Assembly (NCBI GenBank): GCA_964019335.1
Contig: OZ025676.1
Span: 558,001-622,000 of the forward strand
DNA length: 64,000 bases
Reading direction: 5' to 3'
Source of the DNA: Diplonema japonicum
Lineage: Eukaryota; Protista; Euglenozoa: Diplonemea
Position numbers and translations under genes: made by a program. Under the pieces are notes generated by a model. That model ran no database searches. It saw nothing but the letters and a program-made list of their open reading frames with translations, and had not been told where the DNA came from. This document shows, one piece after another, positions 42,211 through 53,530 of this stretch (the first letter of the stretch is position 1; each line of letters begins with the position of its first letter).

Positions 42211-45200
42211 TCACCAGAACTCATTCTCCTGCCAAAAGCCCTTGTTTTCGTCGACAATTGAAGTTGCCATCTGCATGTGCTCAAGGAACTCACCCATACA
42301 CTCAAACAAGGGCATGACAATGTAGTTCATGAAGCCAATCTGTGCCTTGGACATGACTGCGGTGTACCGGTCCATGAAGGGCGACACTGGCATTCCTGTC
42401 AATGGGTGGTGATTGTACTTGCAACAGCATACCATGAAGCCTCTCTCTGTCGCCCTGTTGGAAGAACTCGTCGACAATGACATTGCACCATCCGTGGTAC
42501 AACTTCTTGGGACGCCCGCAGTTCGAGATGTCAGCCATCTTGATGGTCATGGTAAGAGCAAGATTCCTGTCCGACTTCTGTTTGTACATTCTCATCTCCG
42601 TTTCGTCGATCCTCTTCTTGAATCTGGCCACGAACATGGAATGCAGCCCCATATCCGTCCCCAGCACGAACTCCACGATGTCGTCCCTCATCTGCGAGTA
42701 GTTCTCACCTTCGAAGGCCTTTAAGATGTTGAATTCGTCCATCCTCATCAACTCGAACACGCTGCTTGCATGGATGTTCTCGTTCACACTCCTATCATTG
42801 AACAGCACAGCTAGGTAGTTCTGCGACCTCACATGGAAAGCATTGTTTATCCCCGGGTGGTTGTAATCGTGGATCGCAGCCGCAAAGAGTGCTGCGAAGA
42901 CTTCCTGATCCGTTGCTCTCACGAGACTCTGAAAATGGTGTGGAGAGGGTTACCAAAGCATACCTTGCACCCACCCTTGCCCAAGATGTAGTGTGTGACG
43001 TGCAGCACGTCAGCAGCGTGCATGCTGTTATGGTACGGGTTGGGGTGGTACCCTGCTTCCACGATGGACAGCCAGTTGATCAGCGTTTGTTCGTTGATAT
43101 TGAACTGTAGGGTGGCATTTGTGTTGCTCTTGCTGGCATACCTGCTGCATGAATCCCCACTTGAAGCACAACGCGTACATGGTGATGAATAACGACCCAC
43201 CATGCGGCTGCTCTCTGAGGTACTCACCCGAAATGCCCCCCGACATGGCTGTCTGCAGCTCGAAGACGTTGAAATCCCAGTCATCCAGCTTCGTAACTAA
43301 ATCGTAGATCAGCTGCCTTTTGTGATTGTCGATAGACTGCGTGACCTGTGGGTGTGGTGCGGGTGGTTCCCTGTGCATACTGAGTAGAACTCAGATGAGA
43401 AGTAAGGCAGAATCACGTTGTTGTACTTTTCTGTGGGCAAGGGGTCCTCCGTCACCCCCCCATCGGGAGACATGTATCGCGATTTGAGAATTTTTAACAG
43501 CTCGTTGTCAACATCTTTACATTGCGGCGGCTTAGCAACACCAGGAGGGAGGGGCGACTTCAAGGGGTTTCTCACCTGTAGCATTGATATCGAGTAACAA
43601 AGTGTGTCACACCTTGATAGCTAACGCATCTTCTATTTCTAGTTTTTGATTGGGGTCACCGCCCTTGCTTCTGACATCCTCCTCAAGCTTCTCTAAATCT
43701 CCTTCGCCTGCCTTCACCTTCGCGTTGCACGCCTCAATGCAGCCCTCGAGAGTCTGTAGTGTGTTGCAGGTGCTTTTTATTGGTACCTTCTTCTCGCGTT
43801 CAAGCGCAACGCACTTGTTGCCCTTTGCTTCCACTTTCGTTCGCAGTTCTACGATCTTTTTGTCGATCTCCTTCGGTTTTTCTAGTTGCCGCAGCTCTGT
43901 CCCGCTGATGATCTCCCGCAGCATGAAGCCTTGCACGTCAGTCACAGACTCCAGCGGCAGTGTCAAGTCAAGGTTCGCTCCCAAGGACAGTGTACACTCG
44001 CCTTCACCCCAGACCACCTTCACGTCGCCAGTCTCGAACCTCTTGATGACATCTTCTATCTTGGCTTCCCGCTTTGCCAGTGTTGCATCTCCAAACCTCT
44101 GTGAATAGCCTCCTCTCTTCTGACTGGCAACCGTTATCCAGACGGTCCCATCATCAGGTCCCGGTCTGGCACAGGCGACTGCGTCGTCTAGTTCCTTGTA
44201 GACTCTTCCCATCAGCGCCAAAGCATGTCCTGCCCTTGTTGAATCCCCTCCATGTTCCTCCCACGTTTTCTGTGCACGAATAAGTTTGGTTGTTGGTGCA
44301 TACTCTGTTCATTTTTACGTTGTCTGCAATGTGCTGCAGATCTTTGCAAAGTGCGGCGATTGAGGTGGCGAGCGGCAAGGTGACCTGAGCGAGTGATGTA
44401 ATTTGCAAGTGCATACATTATCTATTATTGCAACTTGTCCAGATGCGAAATCATAATCGTGTTTTGAGCTGTCGGTACTCCACTTGGTACCATGGAAAGG
44501 TGTAGAGGTGATGCCTAGGGCAATTTCTTTCTCGCCTTGTTTGTAGAATTCATCTGCAAGGAGTTTCACCCATTTTTCGTGGATTTCAGGTGACTGGGCC
44601 CAGGCTGACCAGTGCGCCAGCTGCAGCACGTGTGTGAGGGCTACACGCTGGTTGTCCTTGTTGGTCCACTCGGTGTTGTTGTTGACCATGTTTTTGAAAT
44701 CTGCAAGGCGAGTCTCTCGGGTTCCCATTTGCACATTCGCCCTAATGACGATGACCTCCCTCACTGTATCGATGATGTCGCGGACCGAGTCAGAAGGCAG
44801 AGTAGCAAGGATATTGCAGTGGGAGTTGTTCATGAGCTCGAATGCCACTGTAGAGTTGTTCTGGCAGTTGGCATACAGGTCACTGTAAAGCATCGACAGC
44901 ATCGATTGCGCTTTCTTAATGAAGGCGTCATCCACTCCTTCGTGGCCAACGTTGTAAATGCCTGCTGCGAGGATGCAGCTGAAGATGTCCTCAGGGCTCA
45001 TGCTTAACGGTCCCTTCAAGTGTTTTATCAGATAGTGCATGGCGCACAGCCCCTGTGCGGACTGCTGCGTGTTGTGGAATTCCGGATTCTTGCTCAAATT
45101 ATCGATACTGGTCCAGTAGTTCAACACGACGTTCTCATCCATGTCGAAGTGCTCAATAAGGTCGTAATGCTTGAACAGTGCCATTGCAACATCAGCGGCC

Positions 45201-46220
45201 ACCAAGCCTTTCTCCAGCACGTCGTAGTCCCACGTGATTTCTTCACAGTTAATCTCTTTCACCTCCCTCTTGCAGGGCGGTACAGTATCATACATCGTGT
45301 CCAGCGGGTGGGTGGGGAAGTGGTTCAGAACTTGTTTCATCTTCGCCATCTTGCCCTCCTGCTTACCAACTGCTCGCTTTGCTTTCGTCGCCTTTTCCTT
45401 CAACTCAGGGATCACGTCTACGGTGAAGTGACTTCACATATTGTCCATACCTTTGTATTTCTTCTCTGCATCTTCACCCGCTTCTACGATCGACTCAACA
45501 ATCGACATCTCTGCCTCTTTTTTAAGGAAGTCGTTTTCTTTTGAACCTCTCGAATCCTGTTGGATATGATGTGCTAGACGAGCATACCTTTACTTCAAGC
45601 CTAAGGCTCTTCAGTTTGGGAAACGACCTCAGGAAGTGTGTGTAAATAGCTTCCGATTCATTCGAGACTTTTTCAACAGGGATCTTGCACAACAGATCTT
45701 TTGGTTCCTTGCCTTGCCTCATTTTGATTTCCACAACGGAGTCTTTCAGTGAAAGGTACCCCTTTGTGAAGGCGTTGTTGAGCATCTTCCAGAATGACGG
45801 CCACTCGACCTCTCCAAGGGTGTCCTTTAGTGAGGTGATTTGCTCATCAGTGAGCTGCACGGAATATGTTTGCGGATTCTTCATATTGTAACAAGCAAAA
45901 GTTAAGCCGTTTTTGCTTGTGATGTGCGAGTAGGCAATAAACAGCTTGTCGGAAGCAACACACATCTTCATTCCAGGCCATACTCGTTCCCTCCCAGGCA
46001 GCACAGTGTACTCTTCAGCGCATTGGTTCACGCTGCTGACCCCACTCCCATTCCCGCCACTCACTGCAGGTGATTTCGTCCCACCTCCCTCAATACCCCC
46101 ATCCTTGATGTTTAATGGCTGTTTGCCATCTCCAGGATGCTTTTCCGGCTTTTTGTCCCCTGGTGTAGTTACTGTGTCAGGTCTACTATTCTTTTGTGAT
46201 GTTGAGTTTCCACACCCCAT
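42211..46220 (-). CDS. Tandem pseudo-PDE + active PDE protein with N-terminal acylation motif; 10 introns (45557-45587, 45418-45450, 44385-44416, 44270-44303, 43754-43786, 43576-43612, 43346-43380, 43105-43141, 42929-42963, 42396-42432)
   Basis: Manual splicing gives one frame from MGCGNS to ENEFW*. Second PDE domain intact (YHNSMHAADV, IHDYNHPG, KMADISN); first degenerate (FHNTQQSAQG, IYNVGHEG, QLAHWS). Confidence 0.9.
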
Positions 46221-46423
46221 CGCATTGATATGTTTGTTTATATCAAGGAAACAAGCATCACGGGTTGCACTGTGGTGAGATGAAGTTGGTGGGATAACAA
46301 ATAAATATGACACTTCGTTTGGACAGAAAAACACGGTGCAGATTAACAATCTGTGAACTGTATGTACCTAGCCGTTCACTATGAAAGGTGCTTTCGGTGA
46401 GCGTGTAACAGTTGCCTTGCAGC

Positions 46424-48246
46424 TTACCAAGCCCGTATTTTCTTTGTGGAAAACATATTCCTCAACATGTGGTACTCGGTGATGTGCACAGACTGCACGT
46501 CGTACCTGTTGATGATAGTAGAGTCTAGCTGTGAGGCAATGGTGATGTCCACAAGAGCTGCCACTGAAGGAGACGCGTATGTACCTAGTGTGGTAGAATA
46601 GTAATTAAAATGTGCACACCTGGCTTTACTCGCACTACTGGCACACGAATACTACTCACAAATTTTCCCCATTGTACATCGCCGAGGTCTGTCGAGACGA
46701 ATACTTTCTCTACGTGCTGATTCTTCACCATGGTGTTAATGGTCTCGGTCACGAGGGAAAGAGGGGGGTCACACTGCTCCGAGATGTCTGACGAGGTTTC
46801 CTGAACCCCATTCAATAGCGAGGTCATAAACATGAGGGGCTCTTCGTTTTGTGTTGTGCACTTCTCTATCCATTCTTTGGTTTTAGGCAAGCGAATGGAG
46901 AGGGATTTCTGTAAAACATGAAATGAGACAGCAGAATGCATACCAGGCTTGTTAAATTATTTTCTGCGATGAAAGTGGCTGCTTCGTTCCTGATCTTGTC
47001 AGAGGGAACGAGTTTCGACCTGGTCTTCCAGAACAGCTTGGATCCGTATTGCTCTTTCGAAGAGTACCCCAAGCACAAAAGCCTAAACGCACCTGTCTGA
47101 TGCTGAACGGCACAGTCCTTGCAGAAGGATACATGCGGTGTGACAACGAGGTCGTGCAGATATTCAATATCACCTAGTTGGTTCTGGAACATTGTTGGAA
47201 AAGCAAGCTCCGACGAGATGTTAACACCTGAAGCACACAAGGTGTACTCATACAGCATGCGCATGAGTCGCGGTGCAGTTGACTTCTGGATTGCCGCATC
47301 GACCATGATGCCGTATGAGAGGGGGCGGTTGCCCTCGTACCCCTTCCATACAGGCTTGGACCAGGTAGTAGAATCCTCGCTGCTGCGGACTGCGCTGAAG
47401 TACTCAACATCTTCAGCAATCCCCTCGTTGACCTGATAGGGTTGTTTGTAGGTGCTCGATATCTCTGACTTGTTCGGAGGGAGAATGTCCCCCAACCTTA
47501 AGTGGAACTTTGCGGAGTTCTCCGAGGACCAGCGCATCATGAGCTCAGTAAGGTAGTCAGGTGTGACTGTGACTTGCTGTTCACCCACTCGCTGTTTGAG
47601 GCGGTTGTGTTCGTTGGCTAGTTTCCCTATGTTCGCCAACAACAATTTTGCCTCTAAAGATGTTGTAGAACTGAGCCTCTTGGCTCTCTTTTCAAGCTTA
47701 GCATGAACCTGTTCTAGCTTTGCGATCTCCTGTTCATGTGGTACGTTCAGCTTACAGAACATAAGAACATACCGCAATGTCCTCATTGTCCTGACGCTCT
47801 CGGACAGCCCTCTCGACTTCAGCAGTCTCAAGACAGTCAGCCTGCCTGCAAAGTATGATGACATGGTGTTGCTAGCATACATCTTAACAAGGTCAGCTGT
47901 TGTCGCACGCAATTTATTGTTTTTTGTTTCAAGGTCTTGACGTCTGGAGAAAGCAGCAGCGGCAGAATCTTTCATGCTGCCTTCCAACTGTGGAAATATA
48001 CAATACATTAAGACATACTATATTGTCACTCTTTATCATCTCTTCGTTACATTTGAGCAGCTCTTTCATCAACACTTCGTCCCTCACTCTGTTTTCCTGG
48101 AAACCAGTGACGTGCTTCTCACTTCCTTGTGAAGCTCCCAGCTTGTAAGCAAAGGTGAAGAGTCCAAGCACTGCTGCCACCAAGGCAAAGGTGACAAGGG
48201 TGCCATCTTTTTCGGGTTTGCGGGTTTCCTTTGAAGACATTTTCAT
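46424..48246 (-). CDS. Type II membrane protein, O-fucosyltransferase-like (divergent); introns 47988-48018, 46909-46943, 46585-46619
   Basis: N-terminal TM anchor, coiled stalk, SLSIRL....W...C, VFVSTD, AALVDITIASQ resembling POFUT-family motifs. Confidence 0.6.
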
Positions 48247-48804
48247 TTTAGAACCACCTGTTGCGTTGTATATGGTAGTGGTAGTAAGCAGAGCTATAGA
48301 ATAGAATACAGTATTAAGGCAGCTCACTGCGGGCGTACCTAGCGGAGGAAGCAGTAAGTCCCCGCAGCAAGCGTCAAGCTGGAGTGGAGGGCAGCGAGCC
48401 GCACGTGCCTGTCGGTTGAAGGGTTCGCCTCGCAATGCGTTCCTGCGATTGGGCTTCTGGTAAAATACATGGCAGTGCCTGTCTCCTGGGAAGGAAAAGA
48501 GAAAAGAAAAAAATGGTGAAACACTTATCTGCACAGAGTCATTAACTAACCAACCTACACCAGAGGTCGCAGCAGCTGTTTCGGATACGTCATCCTTGAG
48601 GCCAACGCCTTGCGGAGCAGTCACGCGGTCAGCATTCATACATACTGACGGTTGCTGCCGCGACGTGCTCGGTGGAGATCTGTCAAATCTACCAGTAACT
48701 ACTACTAGGCCGGATGGTTACTGCAGAGACGCAAAAGAACTGATCGGATACTATGTACAGTAGGCCCGTTGGCATCCTGCAGTGCTTGACTCGAGTGATA
48801 CTCG

Positions 48805-50082
48805 TCATGACTCATTAATGCACTTTTGGACAATTGAAAAGATCTGTGTTACATATGAAGTGCCTTCTTGCATACATCCTCGGGTGTGACGCCTCTCTCG
48901 ATGGACTGCTGTGTTGCTTTCTTGAGCATAGACTCCGACTGCGGTCTGACAGAGACACCTTGCACGGAAAGAGTGTCGTTAGATAGAGCAGCTTTTTTCT
49001 TCTTCTTCTTCTTCTTTGCTTGAGAAACGGAACGATTTGATACATGCGAGATCTTTGTCTGTAAAGGTGTTGAGTACGGGGTAGCATACCTGTGACCTGT
49101 TCACGCCGGAAGACTTCAACGTTGGCGCCGCTTTCGCCGGTTGGCGGGTCGGCTCCAGGTGGAGTTTCCCTGCATAGACAACACATCGGGATAGTGTCTC
49201 ACTGGGACTGGGCCGTTTAGTAGGCGAAGAAGGAGAAGGAGAGACAGGAATTCTGCTTGGAGAAGTATGGCTGCTCTCATTGCCAACAAGTAGACCATGT
49301 CTTATGTATGCAATTTCAAGGAGTTTTTCTAAATCGTCCTTCGTGAGTGCCCTGTTTTTGGTACCAAGAACATAATTTACATCTGCCTGTGAGTCTTTAA
49401 GTCCCTGCGGCTCAGCAGGTTTCCTACAAAGAGGAGAACGTGAATGAGGTGATGAAACATTCGCAGACATGACTGATGCAATAGGAGGGGACATGAGAGG
49501 GTCACGCCTATATGGTGAGTAGTTCGGAGATGGTACAGGAGGCGAGAGGGAATGGGCAGGAGAGAGGCCGACGAAGACGTTGTTGAGGTCAATCTCAGCA
49601 TCAGGAGGATCGGGGGGCTTGGGGAGTGCTATGGAAGATGTAGATGCGGTGGAAGGTGATGAGACAGGTGCAGGACCAGAACTAGGCAGAGGTGTAAGTG
49701 TGGGAACAGCTATGGCAGCTACCGGGAGTGGCGTAGGTGGTTGTGGTTGTGGTTGTTGTGGTTGGGGCTGCGATATCGCGTGGTACCCTTCCAAAGTGTA
49801 AGTCGGGTGTTTGCTGTGAGGGTGACACACATAGCCGCAGTTCCTCATGGCCTCATCAGCGACGTACTTCGTCTTCACTAGATCCTCAGCACCCTTATCA
49901 TCGGCGGCTCTGTGCATATTTCCGTTCTGTTGTTGCAGTGCACTAGTGCTTTCTCTTCTTTCAATTTCCTTTACCCTCTCTCGCAAGATTCCGCAGACAT
50001 CGTTCACCATCTGCAAGTCTCCTCCATGTGCCCCTTCTGCCCGTTCTAGCATCGCGAAAGCTTTTTGAAGCTCGAACACCAT
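48805..50082 (-). CDS. Pro/Ser-rich hypothetical protein; introns 49059-49089 and 48844-48875
   Basis: Long ORF plus two GTATGC...CAG introns giving terminal exon IFSIVQKCINES*. Confidence 0.65.
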
Positions 50083-50161
50083 ATTGTTGGGAGGGGACTG
50101 TAAATCGAGTAATAAGATCGAACTCTTTCTAGTTTACTGAAGTACATTATTCTTTTACATT

Positions 50162-51337
50162 CTAAGCATCGTAGTAAGACGGCGTACCCTCTTCAGTACC
50201 CTTCTTCGGTCTCCTATACAAAGAAGACGCATGAACAACAGGAGAGGAAAACTTTTTTGGGGAGTAAGCATCGGCGGTGGCCTCATTGTAGATCAGGGTG
50301 GGTGGTGGGTTGAGTGGAAGCGAGAAGATAGATGCTGTTGAAGGGGCTGGCGAAGGGCTCTTTGTATTCTGTGATCGCAGCTTCAGCACGGGGCGGTTTA
50401 CGTTCGAGCTTGGTCGCAAAGGTGAAGCGTGTCGACTCACGAGCACGCACTTGCCCGGGCTGGCTTCATTGACAGGCGGGGTGACGCATGATCTGTGTTT
50501 TTTCCCATCGGCATAAACGGGGTTAACAGGAGTCTTTGTCTTTACATGGAGCTGTATGGTTTTTTGCAGCTCTTCGTTTGCAACCGCTTGCTCCTCTATT
50601 TTAGCATTGAGTATTGCTACTTTTGTCTCCGTTGTTTGTGCAGTGTCCTTCAGCTGATCTGTCTCTTCAGCATATCGGCGTGTGGCATTGTGCAATGTCT
50701 GTTGCGTCCTCTCCAACTCAGTATTTCTGTTCTTGATCTGCTCTTCAAGGTTGCTGATGAGGTTCGCCTGAGTCTTCTGGAACTCTTCCGCCGTTCGTTG
50801 AGCTTCTTCTAATCGGAACTCCATCAGAGTAAGTCTCTCGTCTGGTTCTGGTTCTGTGGCCTGCAGGGTACTGAGTTCTTGTTGCAGTTCTAGTATTTTT
50901 CCTTCGTCACCCCACTGCTGTGCAGCTTCTAGTCTGCCTCTAAGCTCAGCTTCACGAGTGCCTCGTTCACCACCAGTGTTTAGGAGGGCATGTGACTCAG
51001 GTTGCTGCGAGCGTGCCTTCTGCTCTTGAAGCTGATAATGTGCCGTCTCTACTTCGTCTTCTAACTCCCTAATACGCTGTTTAAGTAGCTTCTTGCTTCC
51101 AATTGATTGTTTGAGCTTTTTCAAAATGACCTCTTTTTCAGCTGATGCCACACATGTTGGCCTACAGCCCGTCTCATAGGTACCCTCTTCCATGTTTAAC
51201 AGATCCTTCCTCAGCATACTACACTCTCGTTCGCTTTCTCCCAACTTCTGCTCAAGTAAGCAACAGCGTTCTGCCAGGTCTTGGTTGGCCTTCGTAAGCT
51301 CTCTAGCGATGTGTAACTCGTCCATTTGACTGGCCAT
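50162..51337 (-). CDS. Coiled-coil protein
   Basis: 391-aa E/Q/K/L heptad-rich ORF. Confidence 0.75.
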   Translation of the reverse strand: MASQMDELHIARELTKANQDLAERCCLLEQKLGESERECSMLRKDLLNMEEGTYETGCRPTCVASAEKEVILKKLKQSIGSKKLLKQRIRELEDEVETAHYQLQEQKARSQQPESHALLNTGGERGTREAELRGRLEAAQQWGDEGKILELQQELSTLQATEPEPDERLTLMEFRLEEAQRTAEEFQKTQANLISNLEEQIKNRNTELERTQQTLHNATRRYAEETDQLKDTAQTTETKVAILNAKIEEQAVANEELQKTIQLHVKTKTPVNPVYADGKKHRSCVTPPVNEASPGKCVLVSRHASPLRPSSNVNRPVLKLRSQNTKSPSPAPSTASIFSLPLNPPPTLIYNEATADAYSPKKFSSPVVHASSLYRRPKKGTEEGTPSYYDA

Positions 51338-51408
51338 CTCCTGGTAATGGGTTTTAAGGCAATTTCATGCAATATTAATAACTGGTGCAGTGATCTTGCA
51401 GATAAATG

Positions 51409-51966
51409 CTATTTTCTGTTAAGCAAACACGAGTTGGTGAGAATGAATCTTTGACTGCTTAGTTCCAGTTCTATCGACGTAGTGTGCTTGTCCATGTGCA
51501 GGCACTTGTTGTTACTTTGGACAACATGGAGCTGGGTATCAGTTTCATTAACCACAATACCCCACTTGTTGATGTTAAAACGTGAAGCTGCCTCCACTAC
51601 AGCAGCCTTCGAGCCCACCAGCTCGAGGGTCGAAACCACTTTCCGTGCATCCATGTCGCAGGAATTCAAAGCCGAAGCAGCATATTGGAGCCATAATTTA
51701 TTTAGGGAAGCGGCATGTTCAAATGTAATACCTTCAAGCAGTTTTGCTTCGCTTTTTATCGGTGCTATTTTTTTCCAACATCTCACATTCACACTTCTTT
51801 TTTTTTTTTTTGCTCCTTGTTTCCTTTTTTCTTGCTGTAATGAAACGAGTCTTGTTTCGCCCCCTAACTGATTTTTGCACGTCTTCTCCAACATGCGCTT
51901 TTGCTCACCTGTGGCACCATCATACGCAAACCCCAAGATCCCTTGTATAGCTGCCGCACCTTCCAT
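51409..51966 (-). CDS. POP4: RNase P/MRP subunit p29 (Pop4/Rpp29)
   Basis: LNKLWLQY, LELVGS...VV, GIVVNET..L.VV...K...K match Pop4 LHELWKQY, ADLHGA...V, GILLQET. Confidence 0.8.
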   Translation of the reverse strand: MEGAAAIQGILGFAYDGATGEQKRMLEKTCKNQLGGETRLVSLQQEKRKQGAKKKKRSVNVRCWKKIAPIKSEAKLLEGITFEHAASLNKLWLQYAASALNSCDMDARKVVSTLELVGSKAAVVEAASRFNINKWGIVVNETDTQLHVVQSNNKCLHMDKHTTSIELELSSQRFILTNSCLLNRK

Positions 51967-52023
51967 CTTGGTGTCACTGTCTTCGTCATCGTGATGTTTG
52001 ATCTCAAGAATAATTACAGATAA

Positions 52024-53472
52024 CTAAATTTTGCTATACAGCAGGACTTCATGTCCATGACCGCGCTCTGCTGGGGTAGGAGAGTGGGGGAAGACAGCTT
52101 CTTGCTTGTATCCATTCTCGTGAAGAAATGGTTCCAGGAGAATTCTGTTTTGCGAGAAAATAGCAAAGAGGGTCGGGAACTGTCGATGGACGTGATAGAG
52201 CGAAGTAACAAGGGCAAGGGGGTCGGTGTTGAAGAGATCATGTTCTGTGGCTTGCTGTGTAAGGGGCGAGCAGTCAAGCTGCACAATTTCTTTCACTGAA
52301 GTGCCGTGAAGGTATGAGTAGCCAGGTGTTGTATAGCACGGAAGCAAAAGGTGGAGCTGTTCATGCCTCTGAGGACTTGCTCTTGTCCGACGCAAATGAG
52401 ACATTAACTCCACACCTCCAGTTTGGTGAAGGTATGAAAAGTAACCCATTGCCACTATGTTAGATACCATAATGAACCCAAGACCCAATACCACAATCTT
52501 TCTTTTCTTTGAAAACAACTGGCTGCAACCACCCCCTGCGACCACAAGGCCGAGGTACAGTACAGGGAGCAAGAACCTAAACTCCTTATGACCTATCAGC
52601 GAGTAGAAGAATACTGAAGTGCCAATCTGCGCTGCGAAAGAGTACAGCTGCATGCAACGTACTTCCCATCTCCACAAGCCAGCGATAAAGAAAGGTAGCA
52701 TTGTGCCGATAATGGCGGGGTAGCCTTGAGTGATGTACCAGTGCCATGGGTGCGTGCCAAATAAGGCCGACTTCCCCTCCACGAAGTTGAACTTGAGAAA
52801 TTCAATCTGATTCACCGCAATTGTGCCCGTGACGCTGTAGTCCAGTGCAACGCTGAAAACAACCCAAACCACAACAGTGAAACCCGTTTTTAGAAGTATT
52901 TTAAAATCGGGATTCTGTACCATGTACATCACACCACAGGGGAGCCACAGGACACATGATGTAGGACGGAACACTGTTGTAAGGCCCGCAACATTGAGAA
53001 ACGTGAAGTAGTTTCCGCTGAGCAGGTAGTTCAAGGCAACGAGCGAAAGTGCTGCCTCGGTGCTATTCGAAAGGGTGCGAGGGGCACAGTAGAATACAAA
53101 CCAATTTAACACCACAAAGAATGTTGTGAATCGCTGCGCGGAAGGATCCTTTTTAAACACTTGTCCCGAAAGGCGGATTGTAGCTACGTCCGCTAAAAAG
53201 GCGACGACCCCCTGAATAATCCTTGGGCTGTAGACCATGCTGGTTGGCGTGGCACAACCAAAAAAGTCTAGTCCTTTAAATAATAGCCCAAAGGTCATCG
53301 GGTGCAACCAACTCCTGATCCCAGCTTCCCATTCCCAAGTAAGGGTACCCTTGCCAAAAGCAAGCCAATAACCTACCTCTGGACCTTGCCAGTATTCGTC
53401 AGGAGGCCCTGACGTTCGTATAATGCATGCATTTAGTATTCTAAAGGTCAGCAGCGCAACATACTCAAGCAT
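52024..53472 (-). CDS. PIGB: GPI mannosyltransferase III (GT22)
   Basis: PDEYWQGPEV, LTWEWEAGIRS, RTLSNSTE, FGTHPWHWY, HKEFRFLLP, LLPCYTTPGYS. Confidence 0.95.
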   Translation of the reverse strand: MLEYVALLTFRILNACIIRTSGPPDEYWQGPEVGYWLAFGKGTLTWEWEAGIRSWLHPMTFGLLFKGLDFFGCATPTSMVYSPRIIQGVVAFLADVATIRLSGQVFKKDPSAQRFTTFFVVLNWFVFYCAPRTLSNSTEAALSLVALNYLLSGNYFTFLNVAGLTTVFRPTSCVLWLPCGVMYMVQNPDFKILLKTGFTVVVWVVFSVALDYSVTGTIAVNQIEFLKFNFVEGKSALFGTHPWHWYITQGYPAIIGTMLPFFIAGLWRWEVRCMQLYSFAAQIGTSVFFYSLIGHKEFRFLLPVLYLGLVVAGGGCSQLFSKKRKIVVLGLGFIMVSNIVAMGYFSYLHQTGGVELMSHLRRTRASPQRHEQLHLLLPCYTTPGYSYLHGTSVKEIVQLDCSPLTQQATEHDLFNTDPLALVTSLYHVHRQFPTLFAIFSQNRILLEPFLHENGYKQEAVFPHSPTPAERGHGHEVLLYSKI

Positions 53473-53530
53473 GTTCCTGTCGTAGGTTTGTACAAAGAAA
53501 ATCTAATATGGTCCTACACGTTCTTTTTTT

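Noticed and set aside
8165-42320. Many short poly-Lys/poly-Phe ORFs in spacers
   Set aside because: Translations of A/T homopolymer tracts in UTR or intergenic DNA.
48300-48800. Possible extra gene between the Pro-rich and fucosyltransferase-like genes
   Set aside because: No consistent spliced frame or recognisable motif could be built.
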